Below, piece by piece: positions 9,704 through 19,205 of a stretch of DNA of 64,000 nucleotides. Each line of letters starts with the position of its first letter. The first letter of the stretch is position 1. Below the pieces are notes generated by a model. That model saw only the letters and a list, made by a program, of their open reading frames with translations. It was not told where the DNA came from and did not search any database. Origin of the DNA: Planctomycetota bacterium (lineage in GTDB: Bacteria > Planctomycetota > UBA1135 > UBA2386); contig OZ245838.1 of assembly GCA_965228735.1 (NCBI GenBank), positions 3,712,001-3,776,000 on the forward strand, in the 5' to 3' direction. The position numbers and the translations under genes were made by a program.

Positions 9704-10942
9704 GTGGAATCTCCCCTGTTGCTCCATCCGACCGAAAGCGGCCCGGAGTCGCTCGCCGAGTACCGCGCGCGCGGCGGCTATGACGGTCTGCAGAAGCTGC
9801 GCGAAGCCTCCGACCCCGCCGCGTTCGTCGAGGAGATCGCCCGCTCGGGCCTGCGCGGGCGCGGTGGCGCGGCATTCCCGACGGCGACCAAGTGGCGCCT
9901 CGCGGCTGCGTCCGAGAGCGCCGAGAAGTTCGTCGTGGCAAACGGCGGCGAGCACGAGCCCGGCAGCAACAAGGACCGCCACCTCGTCGAACACCACGCG
10001 CACGCCGTGCTCGAGGGCCTCGCGATCGCGGGGCTCGCGACCGGCGCGACGAAGGGCTGGCTCTACCTCATCGAGGACATGGCCGGGCCGCGCGCGAGCG
10101 CCGAACGCGCGCTCGCCGAGGCCGACGCAGCGGGCCTGTTGCCGTTCCCCGTCGCGATCCACTGCGGCCCGACGACGTACGTCGCGGGCGAGGAGACGGC
10201 GGCGCTCGCCGCGATCGAGGGCGAACCGGCCAAGCCGCGGAAGAAGCCGCCGTTCCCGGGCGACGCCGGGCTGTTCGGCAAACCGACGACGGTGAACAAC
10301 GTCGAGACGTTCGCGCACGTCGCATGGATCGCGCGGAACAGCGCCGACGCGTTCGCCGCGATCGGCACCGCGGAGAGCAAGGGCACGCTGCTCTTCACGC
10401 TGCCGGACACCGTCAACCGGCCCGGCGTCTACGAACTGCCGTTCGGCGCGACCTATCGCCAGCTGATCGACGAGCACGGCGGCGGCATGCGCGACGACCG
10501 CGAGATCCGCGCGATCCTGCCGGCGATGTCGGCCGGCTTCCTGCATCGGGACCACCTCGATGTCGAGATCGCGTACGAGACGCTGCAGCCGCTCGGCACC
10601 TCGCCCGGCTGCGGCGGCGTGCGGATCGTCGACCAGCACACCGACGTCGTCGCGCTGACGATCGAGATCGCCGAGTTCTTCATGCGGGAGCAATGCGGCC
10701 AGTGCCCGCCGTGCCGCATGGAGACCAACCAGTTCGTGCACATCTTGAAGGCCGTGCAGGCCGGCAAGGGCCCCGGCTACGACGACAAGCTGAAGAAGCT
10801 CGCGGCGTTCACCCGCAAGAAGGGCTTCTGCTCGCTCATCGAGATGGCCGCCGCGCCGGTCATCAGCGCCGTCGAGGTCTTCGCCGCCGAGTTCGCGGCA
10901 GCGGCCGGCCCCGGCGCCCCCACAGGCGGGCAGGGCGGCTGA
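9704..10942 (+). CDS. NuoF/HoxF-like FMN and [4Fe-4S] NADH-binding subunit (stand-alone)
   Basis: SGLRGRGGAAFPT, NGGEHEPGSNKDR, YVAGEETA, NNVETF and CGQCPPC...C. Start GTG 9704 inferred because the longer ORF overlaps the S46 gene. Confidence 0.85.
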   Translation: MESPLLLHPTESGPESLAEYRARGGYDGLQKLREASDPAAFVEEIARSGLRGRGGAAFPTATKWRLAAASESAEKFVVANGGEHEPGSNKDRHLVEHHAHAVLEGLAIAGLATGATKGWLYLIEDMAGPRASAERALAEADAAGLLPFPVAIHCGPTTYVAGEETAALAAIEGEPAKPRKKPPFPGDAGLFGKPTTVNNVETFAHVAWIARNSADAFAAIGTAESKGTLLFTLPDTVNRPGVYELPFGATYRQLIDEHGGGMRDDREIRAILPAMSAGFLHRDHLDVEIAYETLQPLGTSPGCGGVRIVDQHTDVVALTIEIAEFFMREQCGQCPPCRMETNQFVHILKAVQAGKGPGYDDKLKKLAAFTRKKGFCSLIEMAAAPVISAVEVFAAEFAAAAGPGAPTGGQGG

Positions 10943-10943
10943 G

Positions 10944-12101
10944 TTGACGCACCGCTACTACGCCGCGTGCACGCTCGGACTGGAGGAGGTCCTCCGGGAC
11001 GAGCTCCACGACCTCGGCGTCACGGACGTCAAGGTCCGGCGCGGCGCGTGCGAGTTCGAGGGCGACCGGGCGCTCGGCTATCGCGCGTGTCTGTGGCTGC
11101 GATCCGCGATCCGCGTGCAGGAGGAGCTGGCGCGCGGACCGGCGCGCAGCCGCGAGGAGCTCTACGCGCTCGTCTGGACCGTCGATTGGTCGCAGAGCAT
11201 CTCGCCCGAGATGACGCTCGCGATCGACGGCGCCGTGCGCAACAGCCAGTGGGCCAACGACACGCGCTTCCCGGTGCTCGTCACCAAGGACGCGATCTGC
11301 GACCAGTTCCGCAAGCACGACGGCGCGCGGCCGAGCGTCGAACGTGACCGGCCGCACCTGCCGGTCAAGCTCGTGCTCATCGACGACCACGCGATCCTCT
11401 ATCGCGAGCTCGGCGGCGAGCCGCTGCACAAGCGCGGCTACCGCAAGATCCAGCACCGCAGCCCGCTCAACGAGGCGACGGCCGCCGGCCTGCTGCTGCT
11501 GAGTGACTGGGATCGCGAGTCACCGGTCGTCGATCCGTGCTGCGGGTCCGCGACGTTCCTCGTCGAGGCCGCGTGGATCGCGGGCGACCGCGCGCCGGGG
11601 CTCGGTCGCAGCTTCGCGTTCGAACACTGGCGCGACGCCGACCTCGACGCGTGGCGTGAGCTGTTCGACGACGCCGAGGCGCGCGCCGAGGCCGGGGTGG
11701 ACCGCATCCCGCGGCTCGCCGGCAACGACCGCCACCAGGGCGCGCTCGGCATCGCGAAGGCAGCGCTCAACGCGGCCGGGCTCACGCAGCGCGTCAAGCT
11801 CGTGCAGGGCAACGCGCGCGACTTCGAACCCGCGTTCACGCCGTCGGTCGTGGTCGCCAACCCGCCGTACGGCGACCGCCTCGGCGACGACCCCGAGCAA
11901 CTCGAAGAGAGCTGGCGCGCGATCGGTGACTTCCTGCACCGCTCTGCGGCCGACCGCGCGTGGGTGCTCTGCGGCAACCCCGACGTGGCGCGGCTGCTGG
12001 GGCTGCGCAGCGACCGCCGCGTGCCGGTGCGCAACGGCCCGATCGAATGCCGCTGGCTGCGCTACGCGCTCGGCGGCAACCCGGAGTCAGGGGTCAGCTG
12101 A
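10944..12101 (+). CDS. THUMP-domain class I SAM-dependent RNA methyltransferase (RlmL-like)
   Basis: GLEEVL..EL, LHKRGYR, SPLNEATAAGLL, DPCCGSAT and NPPYG motifs. TTG start 1 nt after the upstream stop. Confidence 0.85.
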   Translation: MTHRYYAACTLGLEEVLRDELHDLGVTDVKVRRGACEFEGDRALGYRACLWLRSAIRVQEELARGPARSREELYALVWTVDWSQSISPEMTLAIDGAVRNSQWANDTRFPVLVTKDAICDQFRKHDGARPSVERDRPHLPVKLVLIDDHAILYRELGGEPLHKRGYRKIQHRSPLNEATAAGLLLLSDWDRESPVVDPCCGSATFLVEAAWIAGDRAPGLGRSFAFEHWRDADLDAWRELFDDAEARAEAGVDRIPRLAGNDRHQGALGIAKAALNAAGLTQRVKLVQGNARDFEPAFTPSVVVANPPYGDRLGDDPEQLEESWRAIGDFLHRSAADRAWVLCGNPDVARLLGLRSDRRVPVRNGPIECRWLRYALGGNPESGVS

Positions 12102-12909
12102 CGAGCGCGATCGCGCCCGCGGCCGGGAGCGCCAGCAGCACGAGCGCCACGAACGTCCAGCGCTTGGGTCGCTCCTTCGCGAACGACTTCGGCAGCACGA
12201 GCGGCAGGGCTGGCGTGATCGCAGCCAGCGCCGCGACCGTCCATGGCAGGCTGCCGAGCTCGGCACCGGCGATGAGCACGAGCGCGTGCGCGATGCCGAG
12301 CCAGACGCCGTCGGCCGGCGCGAGCTTGAGCGGCTCGTGCCACATCGCGGTCGCGATCCCGGCGACGACGGTCGCGGCACACGCGCCGATCGTCGCAGCC
12401 TGCCAGTAGCAGTCGGTCAGGTCGAGCACCGCGAAGTCGACCGCGAAGGCCGCGACGAACACGAACGCCATGAGCGGTGAATCCGACGCTCGTTCGATGA
12501 GGCTGCGAGACGCGAACACCGCCCCACCGGTGATCAGGACCGCCGCCCCGACGTGCGGCAGGATCCACGCGAAGCCCTCGCCGCGCGCCGCCTGCCAGAG
12601 CACGAACCAGGCCGACGCGCCGCCGAGGAGCAGGCCGACCCATAGCCCGCCGCGCGGCGGCAGCCAGCGCCAGCGTTCGAACGACGTCACGAGCGTCGCG
12701 AAGATCAGGCACCAGAACAGCCACGGGCGGCCGCTCGGGCGCTGCCACAGCTCGTGCGGCAACCGCGGCCAGTCGTGCAGCAGAACGGCCGCGAGCGCGA
12801 GGCCGATCGCCGCGGCAAGCGCGAGCAACCGCCCCCCGCCGACGCTGACGAGCGCGAGGCCCGCAACGAGCGACGGAGCGAACGTCTTGATCCACGACAG
12901 CCAGTCCAC
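12094..12909 (-). CDS. Multi-pass membrane protein, hypothetical
   Basis: About 8-9 hydrophobic segments; last gene of a co-oriented run. Start uncertain (GTG 12909 or TTG 12942). Confidence 0.65.
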   Translation of the reverse strand: MDWLSWIKTFAPSLVAGLALVSVGGGRLLALAAAIGLALAAVLLHDWPRLPHELWQRPSGRPWLFWCLIFATLVTSFERWRWLPPRGGLWVGLLLGGASAWFVLWQAARGEGFAWILPHVGAAVLITGGAVFASRSLIERASDSPLMAFVFVAAFAVDFAVLDLTDCYWQAATIGACAATVVAGIATAMWHEPLKLAPADGVWLGIAHALVLIAGAELGSLPWTVAALAAITPALPLVLPKSFAKERPKRWTFVALVLLALPAAGAIALVS

Positions 12910-12942
12910 GGCGTGGGATCCTGCGCGATCCGGCGACCGCAA

Positions 12943-13944
12943 TCAACGCGGCAGCAGCAAGACGACGCCATGCGCCGCGACGAGGTCCGCGAAGCGCTGC
13001 GACAGCTGATAGCGCGAGAAGCGCACCTCGATCGCCGCCCGGAGCTTGCTCGCAGTGTTCCGCCGAACCACCACCGCGCCGGTCGACCCCTGCCCCAGCA
13101 GCGCGCGCAGCTCGTCCTCGTCGAACACCTCGGGCCGGCGGCCGGAGTAGTAGAGCACGCGCGGCAGATCCGACGCGACCGTCTCGTCCGGTGCGAGGCG
13201 TTCCCCCACGAACTCGCCGAGATGGCGCTCGACGATGACGGTCTTCGAGCCGGCGACGCCGCCGTTCCACGCGAGCCAGAACATGGCCGCCACTGCCAGC
13301 GTGAGCAGCAGGTCGCGCAGGCGAACATGCAGTCGGGAGAGACCGATCGCCGCGATCACGGCAACCGCGAGCATGCCGAGCGGCAACAGCCCGGGCAGGC
13401 CGCCGCGCATCGCGTCGAGGACCGCGAGCCCGACGAGAACCGCACCGAGCCCGAACCGCCGCCGGCTCAGCGCAAGGAGACCCAGCCCCGCGAGCAGGAG
13501 CTGCACCGGCGTCGCGGCACCGCCCGCCGTCGAAAGAGCCGGCTGCGGCACGCTGGCCATGAGCAGTGCCACGCTCGTGCCCGCACCGGCGCCCCGGGAC
13601 CGTTGCCAGCGCTGCGCGGCGATCGCCGCGGGCACGATCCCGAGCCCCGTCAACACCGCGCCGAGCACCATCGCGCACTCGAACGGTTCGAAGCCGAGCA
13701 GAACGCCCGGCGTGATCAGCGCGCTCCAGAGCGGCCCGGACCAGACGTGCTGCAACGCCGTGAAGTCACCGCCGCCGAGCTCGCGCGCGACCCACAGGTC
13801 GAGCACGGCATCCTCACCGGGCAGCGGCGCCCGCACCGCGAGCAGCCAGCGCCAACACACGGTCGCGGCAACGACCCACAACAGGATCCGCCGGTCGCGA
13901 TCGTCGAAGAGTGGCTGTTGCTCGGCTGGTTCGACGTTCGTCAT
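12943..13944 (-). CDS. Multi-pass membrane protein, possibly GT-C (ArnT/PMT-like) glycosyltransferase related
   Basis: Many TM segments, an ED acidic pair after the first TM, and a small soluble C-terminal domain. ATGA overlap with the upstream stop. The family call is weak. Confidence 0.55.
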   Translation of the reverse strand: MTNVEPAEQQPLFDDRDRRILLWVVAATVCWRWLLAVRAPLPGEDAVLDLWVARELGGGDFTALQHVWSGPLWSALITPGVLLGFEPFECAMVLGAVLTGLGIVPAAIAAQRWQRSRGAGAGTSVALLMASVPQPALSTAGGAATPVQLLLAGLGLLALSRRRFGLGAVLVGLAVLDAMRGGLPGLLPLGMLAVAVIAAIGLSRLHVRLRDLLLTLAVAAMFWLAWNGGVAGSKTVIVERHLGEFVGERLAPDETVASDLPRVLYYSGRRPEVFDEDELRALLGQGSTGAVVVRRNTASKLRAAIEVRFSRYQLSQRFADLVAAHGVVLLLPR

Positions 13945-16900
13945 GGCAGCTGGCACCATTGGCCCGGGTCCTCGCCGTCGTCGCCGAAACCGCCGAGGCG
14001 GAACACGATGTCACGGTAGTTGCGCACGTCCAGTACGGCCATCGACTGCACGGCGCGCAACGCGCGGATGTCACGGCGCACGGCCGGCCCCTTGGCATAG
14101 ATCCCGAGCAGGCGCGCAGCCGCGACCTCGGTCGGCGACTGTTCGGGCTCGAGCTCGAGCCAGGCCGAGAGCACGGTGCGGATATCGTGCTCGTTCCGCG
14201 CCCACGCTCGCCGCAGGGGTCGCAGCGCGGTGCGCGGCAGGTCGCGGCCGTGCCGCTGCAGCCAGCGCTCGACCGGGCCCACGCGAAACAGGCCGACGAG
14301 GGCGCGCCACGAGTCGCCGAAAAGGCTTCCGGGCACGCCTTCGCGCACGATTTCGGCCAGGTGCTCGATCCGCCAGCGCTCGGCGTGCAGCAGAGTGCGC
14401 ACGTTGTCGCGATCGGCGATCCACGCGCACGTGACGGCGAGTTCGCCGGCGCGTCGATGGGCCGCGCTGTCGACCGCTGGAAACTCGGGCAGCCACGCGA
14501 TCGCGGCATGCAGCTCGCGGACGTCCCGATGGATCTCGTGCGCACGCTCGCGCAGCTCGACGCACTCGCGTTCGTGCAGATGCAGGAACGCGAGATCGCG
14601 CTCGAAGTCGCTGTCCTCGCGGAAGTCGCTGCGCTCGGTCCAGCCGATCGGTGCGCCCGAGTAGGCCGGGTCGAGCCACAACCGGGTGCGCAACGCCTCG
14701 CGCAGCCCCGGCGCCTTCATGCGATGGATCTTGCGCAGCGCGACGGCGAACGGCGCGATACCGGCCTCGCGGTTCTGCATCGCGACGTGCGGGTCGAGCA
14801 CCTCGCGGACGATCTGGTTGATCCGTCGCACGATCCACGTCACGAAGCGCGCGAAGCGCACCAGCATCAAGAGCGGCGCGAGCAGCACGCGCCCGTGTGA
14901 CATCCGCTTGCGGTAGAAGCGCAGCGGATTGAAGCTGCGCTCGTGCTTCGGCAGGTGGTGCACGGGCCGCGTGCCGAAGATCTCGCGGATCATCGTGCGC
15001 CGGTCGTGCTCGAGCACCTCGAGCACCTCGTCCCCGAAGATGTGCGCGATGTGACCGTCGCGCTCCGGATCACCGCCGACGAAGTCGATCGCGCAGAACT
15101 CGGTCGTCGGATAGGCCTCGGTGCGCACCGTCTCGAGCCCCGCGAGCGTGCGACCGGCCTTCGGATCGCGCCGGCGGTCGAGCCACAGCCCCATCGCCTC
15201 CTGCTGCTCGGGCGAGCTATCGCCGAACTCGGCGAGCGGGATGCAGAAGCGGTTGTAGCCCTCGATGCGCTTCGCGGTCTCGACGGCGATGCTCTCGGTG
15301 ATGAAGCTGAACCACAGGTAGGGCCCGGAGAACACCGTGCCGTCGTCGAGGCGCAGCTTGCGCAGCCGCTTCTTGTCGCGCCGCGTCACGCCGAGGAACT
15401 GCTCGCGCAGATTGACGAGCGCCTTGTTCGCGAGCAGCTGCTCAGTCGTCTTGACGTCGGTGATGTGCAGCGGCGCGCCGTCGAGGAAGTGCAGGTACAG
15501 CATGGCGACGCGGTTGACCCCGAAGCGGATGTGGTCGTCGACGTCGTCGTCGACGGGCACGCCGGCGCGCGCCGATCGCACCTGGTGCTGGAGCAACGGC
15601 AGCGCCTGGGCCTGGATCTCGTCGCCGTCGAACACGCGGCGCGCGAGGAACGGCAGGTCGTCGGCCTCGTAGCGCACCTTCGCGAGCTCGAGCTGCGGCA
15701 GGAAGTGGGCTTCGCTGGTGAGGCGGTACGAGTCGGCGGCCTCGCCAGCGAGGCTCTTGAGCCAGCGTCCGAGGGCGAGGCCGATCAAGCAGACGCTGCC
15801 GAGAACGATCAGTGGGGTCGCGACGATTCTCCCGAGGAAGTCGTTGATGTCTTTCAGGGTGCCCTCGGCCTTGCCGAAGATCAGCTGCAGGAGCAGCGCC
15901 AACCCCCCGAACAGCAACAACCGCACCGCCGGCCGTTGCGTCGCCCGGATCAACGCCGTCGCCACCCGATCGAGAATCTGCGGCCCCGTGACGATCCCGT
16001 GCAGATCCGCGTGGAACAGCAGTCGTCCGTGCCAGCGCTCGAGCCAGTCGGCCACGGCGCGCGCGAACGCGACGACCCGTTCTTCGGGCCCGGGCGGCAA
16101 CGGGTGCACCGCGAAGTTGCGCACGATCGGCAGCCACCGCACGGGCACCGCGGACAGGACCCGCAGCACGCGATCGATCGCGCGGATGTCGGACGGCCGC
16201 AGGTAGCGCGGCACGTCCTGCGGCCGCAGCGACCACAGCACCTCGATCGCGCCCTCGATCGGCACGTCGCGCCGGGACGAGCCGATGCGCAGGCTGCCCG
16301 CGCGAACCGGCCCGAGCATGCTCATCCGCCCGCGCAGCGCCTCGGCGCGCGCGACGATCGCGGCGGCCCGCTGCCGCGGGTCGACGAGACCGAGCAGCTC
16401 GCGCTCGCGTTCGAGCGCCTCGAACAGCACCTCACGCCGGCCGTCGAGGTCGGGCGCGCGGTGTTCGTCACTCGCCGCCGGCACGAACACGAATTCGCGA
16501 TCGAGCAATGTCGAGAAACGCTGCACGAGCCCGTCGAGGCCGCGCACGAGGAACAGGAACAGCCGCAGCGACCGCACGAGCGGCCGCAGGACCTGCACGT
16601 AACGCGCGACCCAGCCGATCCGCAGGATGCGCAGCAGTCGCACGACGACGGAGTTGTCCGCGGCCCCCGGGACGTCGACGGCGGGCAGCAGGAACAGCGC
16701 GGACGGGATCGCCGGCAGCAGGTCGACGAGGACGTGACGCACGAAGAACGAGCTGCGGCGCGGATGCAGCACGAGCTCGAACAGGAACGCGAAGACGAAG
16801 AACAGGCACGCGAGCGCGTCGGTCCACTGCAGCGCGTGCGCGACCGGCTCGGACAGCTCGACGGTGAACTCGATCGTCAGGATCGTGAGCACGACGACGA

Positions 16901-17555
16901 GCAGCGCGAAGTTGAGCGAGTGGAACACGACGACGCCGGGTCGCCCGAGCAGCTTCTCCTGCCGCAGCGCGAGCTCGCGGTCGTCGGCCTGATTGCGCAG
17001 GCGGCGGCCGTAGCCGCGCAGCGTCTTGTCGTCGCAGTGCCGGCCGAGCTCGGCCATCACGTCGCTATTGCATCGCAGCGCCATGATCTGCTGCTCGAGC
17101 GGCGTCTCCTCGACGGCCGCCGTCAGCAGCGCGACGCGTTCGGCCGCCTCCTGCACGAGCTCGGGACCGGCCTCGGCGCACGCGACGCGGTCGCGGATCG
17201 CGACGCTGCACTCGGCGGACAGGCTGTCGAGCCCGAGCCGGATCGCCTCCGCGCGGATGTCCGCGAGGTCGAAGAACGCGGCCGGATGCGTGTCGGCTTC
17301 CGCGACGAGCGCGCGCAGCCGCAGCTCGAGCCAGTCGCGCTCCGCCGCCTCGACCGCTTCGCCGACCTGGGACGAATCGCGTTCGTCCTGCCGCCGGATC
17401 CAGCGCAGCTCGGCCGCCACGAGCTCGTGCGCGAGCGCGTCATCACCCGCGACCCGATCGCGTTCGGCCGCGAGCGCGGCGGCGCGCTCGACCGGCGCGC
17501 CGTGGCCGTCCTGGAGCAGCGTGCGCAGGCGCGCGAGGGGGTCGGGGTGATTCAT
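13941..17555 (-). CDS. Large (1204 aa) membrane protein with an ion-transport S1-S4 (voltage-sensor-like) domain
   Basis: Four TM helices including D.LACLFFVFAFLFEL, VDLLPAIP and Arg-periodic VRLLRILRIGWVARYVQVLRPLVRSLRL. No TxGYG pore motif seen. Long soluble regions. Confidence 0.7.
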   Translation of the reverse strand: MNHPDPLARLRTLLQDGHGAPVERAAALAAERDRVAGDDALAHELVAAELRWIRRQDERDSSQVGEAVEAAERDWLELRLRALVAEADTHPAAFFDLADIRAEAIRLGLDSLSAECSVAIRDRVACAEAGPELVQEAAERVALLTAAVEETPLEQQIMALRCNSDVMAELGRHCDDKTLRGYGRRLRNQADDRELALRQEKLLGRPGVVVFHSLNFALLVVVLTILTIEFTVELSEPVAHALQWTDALACLFFVFAFLFELVLHPRRSSFFVRHVLVDLLPAIPSALFLLPAVDVPGAADNSVVVRLLRILRIGWVARYVQVLRPLVRSLRLFLFLVRGLDGLVQRFSTLLDREFVFVPAASDEHRAPDLDGRREVLFEALERERELLGLVDPRQRAAAIVARAEALRGRMSMLGPVRAGSLRIGSSRRDVPIEGAIEVLWSLRPQDVPRYLRPSDIRAIDRVLRVLSAVPVRWLPIVRNFAVHPLPPGPEERVVAFARAVADWLERWHGRLLFHADLHGIVTGPQILDRVATALIRATQRPAVRLLLFGGLALLLQLIFGKAEGTLKDINDFLGRIVATPLIVLGSVCLIGLALGRWLKSLAGEAADSYRLTSEAHFLPQLELAKVRYEADDLPFLARRVFDGDEIQAQALPLLQHQVRSARAGVPVDDDVDDHIRFGVNRVAMLYLHFLDGAPLHITDVKTTEQLLANKALVNLREQFLGVTRRDKKRLRKLRLDDGTVFSGPYLWFSFITESIAVETAKRIEGYNRFCIPLAEFGDSSPEQQEAMGLWLDRRRDPKAGRTLAGLETVRTEAYPTTEFCAIDFVGGDPERDGHIAHIFGDEVLEVLEHDRRTMIREIFGTRPVHHLPKHERSFNPLRFYRKRMSHGRVLLAPLLMLVRFARFVTWIVRRINQIVREVLDPHVAMQNREAGIAPFAVALRKIHRMKAPGLREALRTRLWLDPAYSGAPIGWTERSDFREDSDFERDLAFLHLHERECVELRERAHEIHRDVRELHAAIAWLPEFPAVDSAAHRRAGELAVTCAWIADRDNVRTLLHAERWRIEHLAEIVREGVPGSLFGDSWRALVGLFRVGPVERWLQRHGRDLPRTALRPLRRAWARNEHDIRTVLSAWLELEPEQSPTEVAAARLLGIYAKGPAVRRDIRALRAVQSMAVLDVRNYRDIVFRLGGFGDDGEDPGQWCQLP

Positions 17556-17644
17556 CGGGAGCGCTCGACCAAGGGCTCCGGGGCACGCTGCCCCACCGGA
17601 CGGCGAAGCGCCCGCTGCGCCGGGTCACGGACCGGCGGATTGAA

Positions 17645-18556
17645 TCACCACGGGCGGTCGTAGTCGACCAGCCCCGACGGTTCTTCGCCGAGATAGTCGA
17701 AGCGGAGCACGCGCAGGACGCCGCGGTTGCTGCCCGTACGCAGGCCGAAGTGGCGAACGAGGCCGGTACGCTCGTCGTAGAGCAGCCACATCGAGCGCAG
17801 CCTGGAGCCGCGCGCTCCGATTTGCCGCCGCGCCTCGAGCCGCACGAGGTCGACGCCGTTCTTGCGTTCGCGGCCGACGACCTCGACCCGGAACTGCTTC
17901 GGCAGCCGCGACAGCAGCGAGTGCACGTCGACATCCACGAGGTCGAGCACGCCGTCGAGCTTCTGCCGCAGCCGACCCTGCTCGCGCAGCGGCAGCACCT
18001 GCCGCAGCTTGCCGTTGCCCGGCAGGATCCAAACCTCGTTGCCGTCGCTGCCGATCCGCAGCGGCACGCGGCGCTCGCCGCCGAACGTGAATCGGCCGTC
18101 GATGCGGAAGCGCGACCCCGGTCGCGTCACGAGCACGAAGTTGTGGTTGGCCTGCAGCTCGCCGCGCGCGACGACGCGCGTCATCACGCGGTAACGCCGA
18201 TCGACGTCGCGCCCGAGCTCGGTCACGATGCGATCGACAGCCGCTTCGGCGGTCGGCAGCTGATCCGGCAACGCGAAGAAGATCACGAACCCGGCGAGCA
18301 GCGCGGCAGCCACGCCGACGATGCCCCAGTGTCGCCGATTGCCGGCAACCTCCGCGGCATCGACGCCGGCCATGATGCGTTCGACGCGGCTCTCGCGCGC
18401 GCCGGCATCCGCCGTGTGCAGCGCCCGCAACAGACCGTGCATGGCGCGCTGCTCCGCGAGCCAGCGCGCGGCCTCCGGCGGCACGTCGGCCGGCGCCGGA
18501 CCGTCCGCGAGCGTGTCGTCGAGCGCCCGCCAATCGTCGTTGACCAGCTCGCTCAT
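17645..18556 (-). CDS. Putative membrane-anchored anti-sigma factor
   Basis: ATGA overlap with the ECF sigma stop; short N-terminal domain, single TM (WGIVGVAAALLAGFVIFF), beta-rich extracytoplasmic domain. Confidence 0.65.
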   Translation of the reverse strand: MSELVNDDWRALDDTLADGPAPADVPPEAARWLAEQRAMHGLLRALHTADAGARESRVERIMAGVDAAEVAGNRRHWGIVGVAAALLAGFVIFFALPDQLPTAEAAVDRIVTELGRDVDRRYRVMTRVVARGELQANHNFVLVTRPGSRFRIDGRFTFGGERRVPLRIGSDGNEVWILPGNGKLRQVLPLREQGRLRQKLDGVLDLVDVDVHSLLSRLPKQFRVEVVGRERKNGVDLVRLEARRQIGARGSRLRSMWLLYDERTGLVRHFGLRTGSNRGVLRVLRFDYLGEEPSGLVDYDRPW

Positions 18557-19095
18557 GGCGCCTCGGCCGGGGTCGGGTCGAGTTTGTTCGACAGACAACG
18601 ATGCAGCGCCGCGCGCGCCCGCTGCAGGTGCTTCTTCACCGCTTCGAGACCGTTGCTCGTGCGCGCCGCGATCTCCTTGCAGTGCAGCCCGTGCTCGTAG
18701 TGCAGACGCACCGACTCGCGCTGCTTGCCGCTGAGCTTGCCGAGGCAGTCACGCAGCGCGTCGAGCCGTTCGTCGAAGTTGTCGCCGGGCGCGCGATCGA
18801 GCGCCGCGAACTCGCCCTCGAGGATCGCCATCACCTCGTCCCCGCAGTAGTGCACCCGGCTGCGGCCGAGCTTGCGGCGGTGGTTGAGCAGCAGCTTGGC
18901 CGCGATGCCGCGCACCCACGGCCCGAACGGCAGCTGTCGGTCGTAGCGGTCGAGGATCTTCCACGCCGTGAGGAACGTCTCCTGCACGAGGTCCTCGACG
19001 GCCACGCCGTCGCGCACGGACGCGAGCAGGAACGCGCGCACCGAGTCGATGTGCTCGCGGGCCAGGATCTCGAAGAGGTCGCGGGAATCCACCAC
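18553..19095 (-). CDS. ECF-type RNA polymerase sigma-70 factor
   Basis: EDLVQETFLTAW, FGPWVRGIA (region 2) and LRDCLGKLSGKQRESVRLHY...EIAARTS...VKKHLQRAR (region 4). GTG start inferred. Confidence 0.88.
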   Translation of the reverse strand: MVDSRDLFEILAREHIDSVRAFLLASVRDGVAVEDLVQETFLTAWKILDRYDRQLPFGPWVRGIAAKLLLNHRRKLGRSRVHYCGDEVMAILEGEFAALDRAPGDNFDERLDALRDCLGKLSGKQRESVRLHYEHGLHCKEIAARTSNGLEAVKKHLQRARAALHRCLSNKLDPTPAEAP

Positions 19096-19205
19096 GGCAC
19101 CATTGTCGCCGGCCCGCGGCGCGGGGACAGCCAACCGCGGATTTCCGCGCCCCGATTTCGGCGCTATCCGTTGCCGAATCGCCGATGCGGCCGAGGATTC
19201 CGGTG

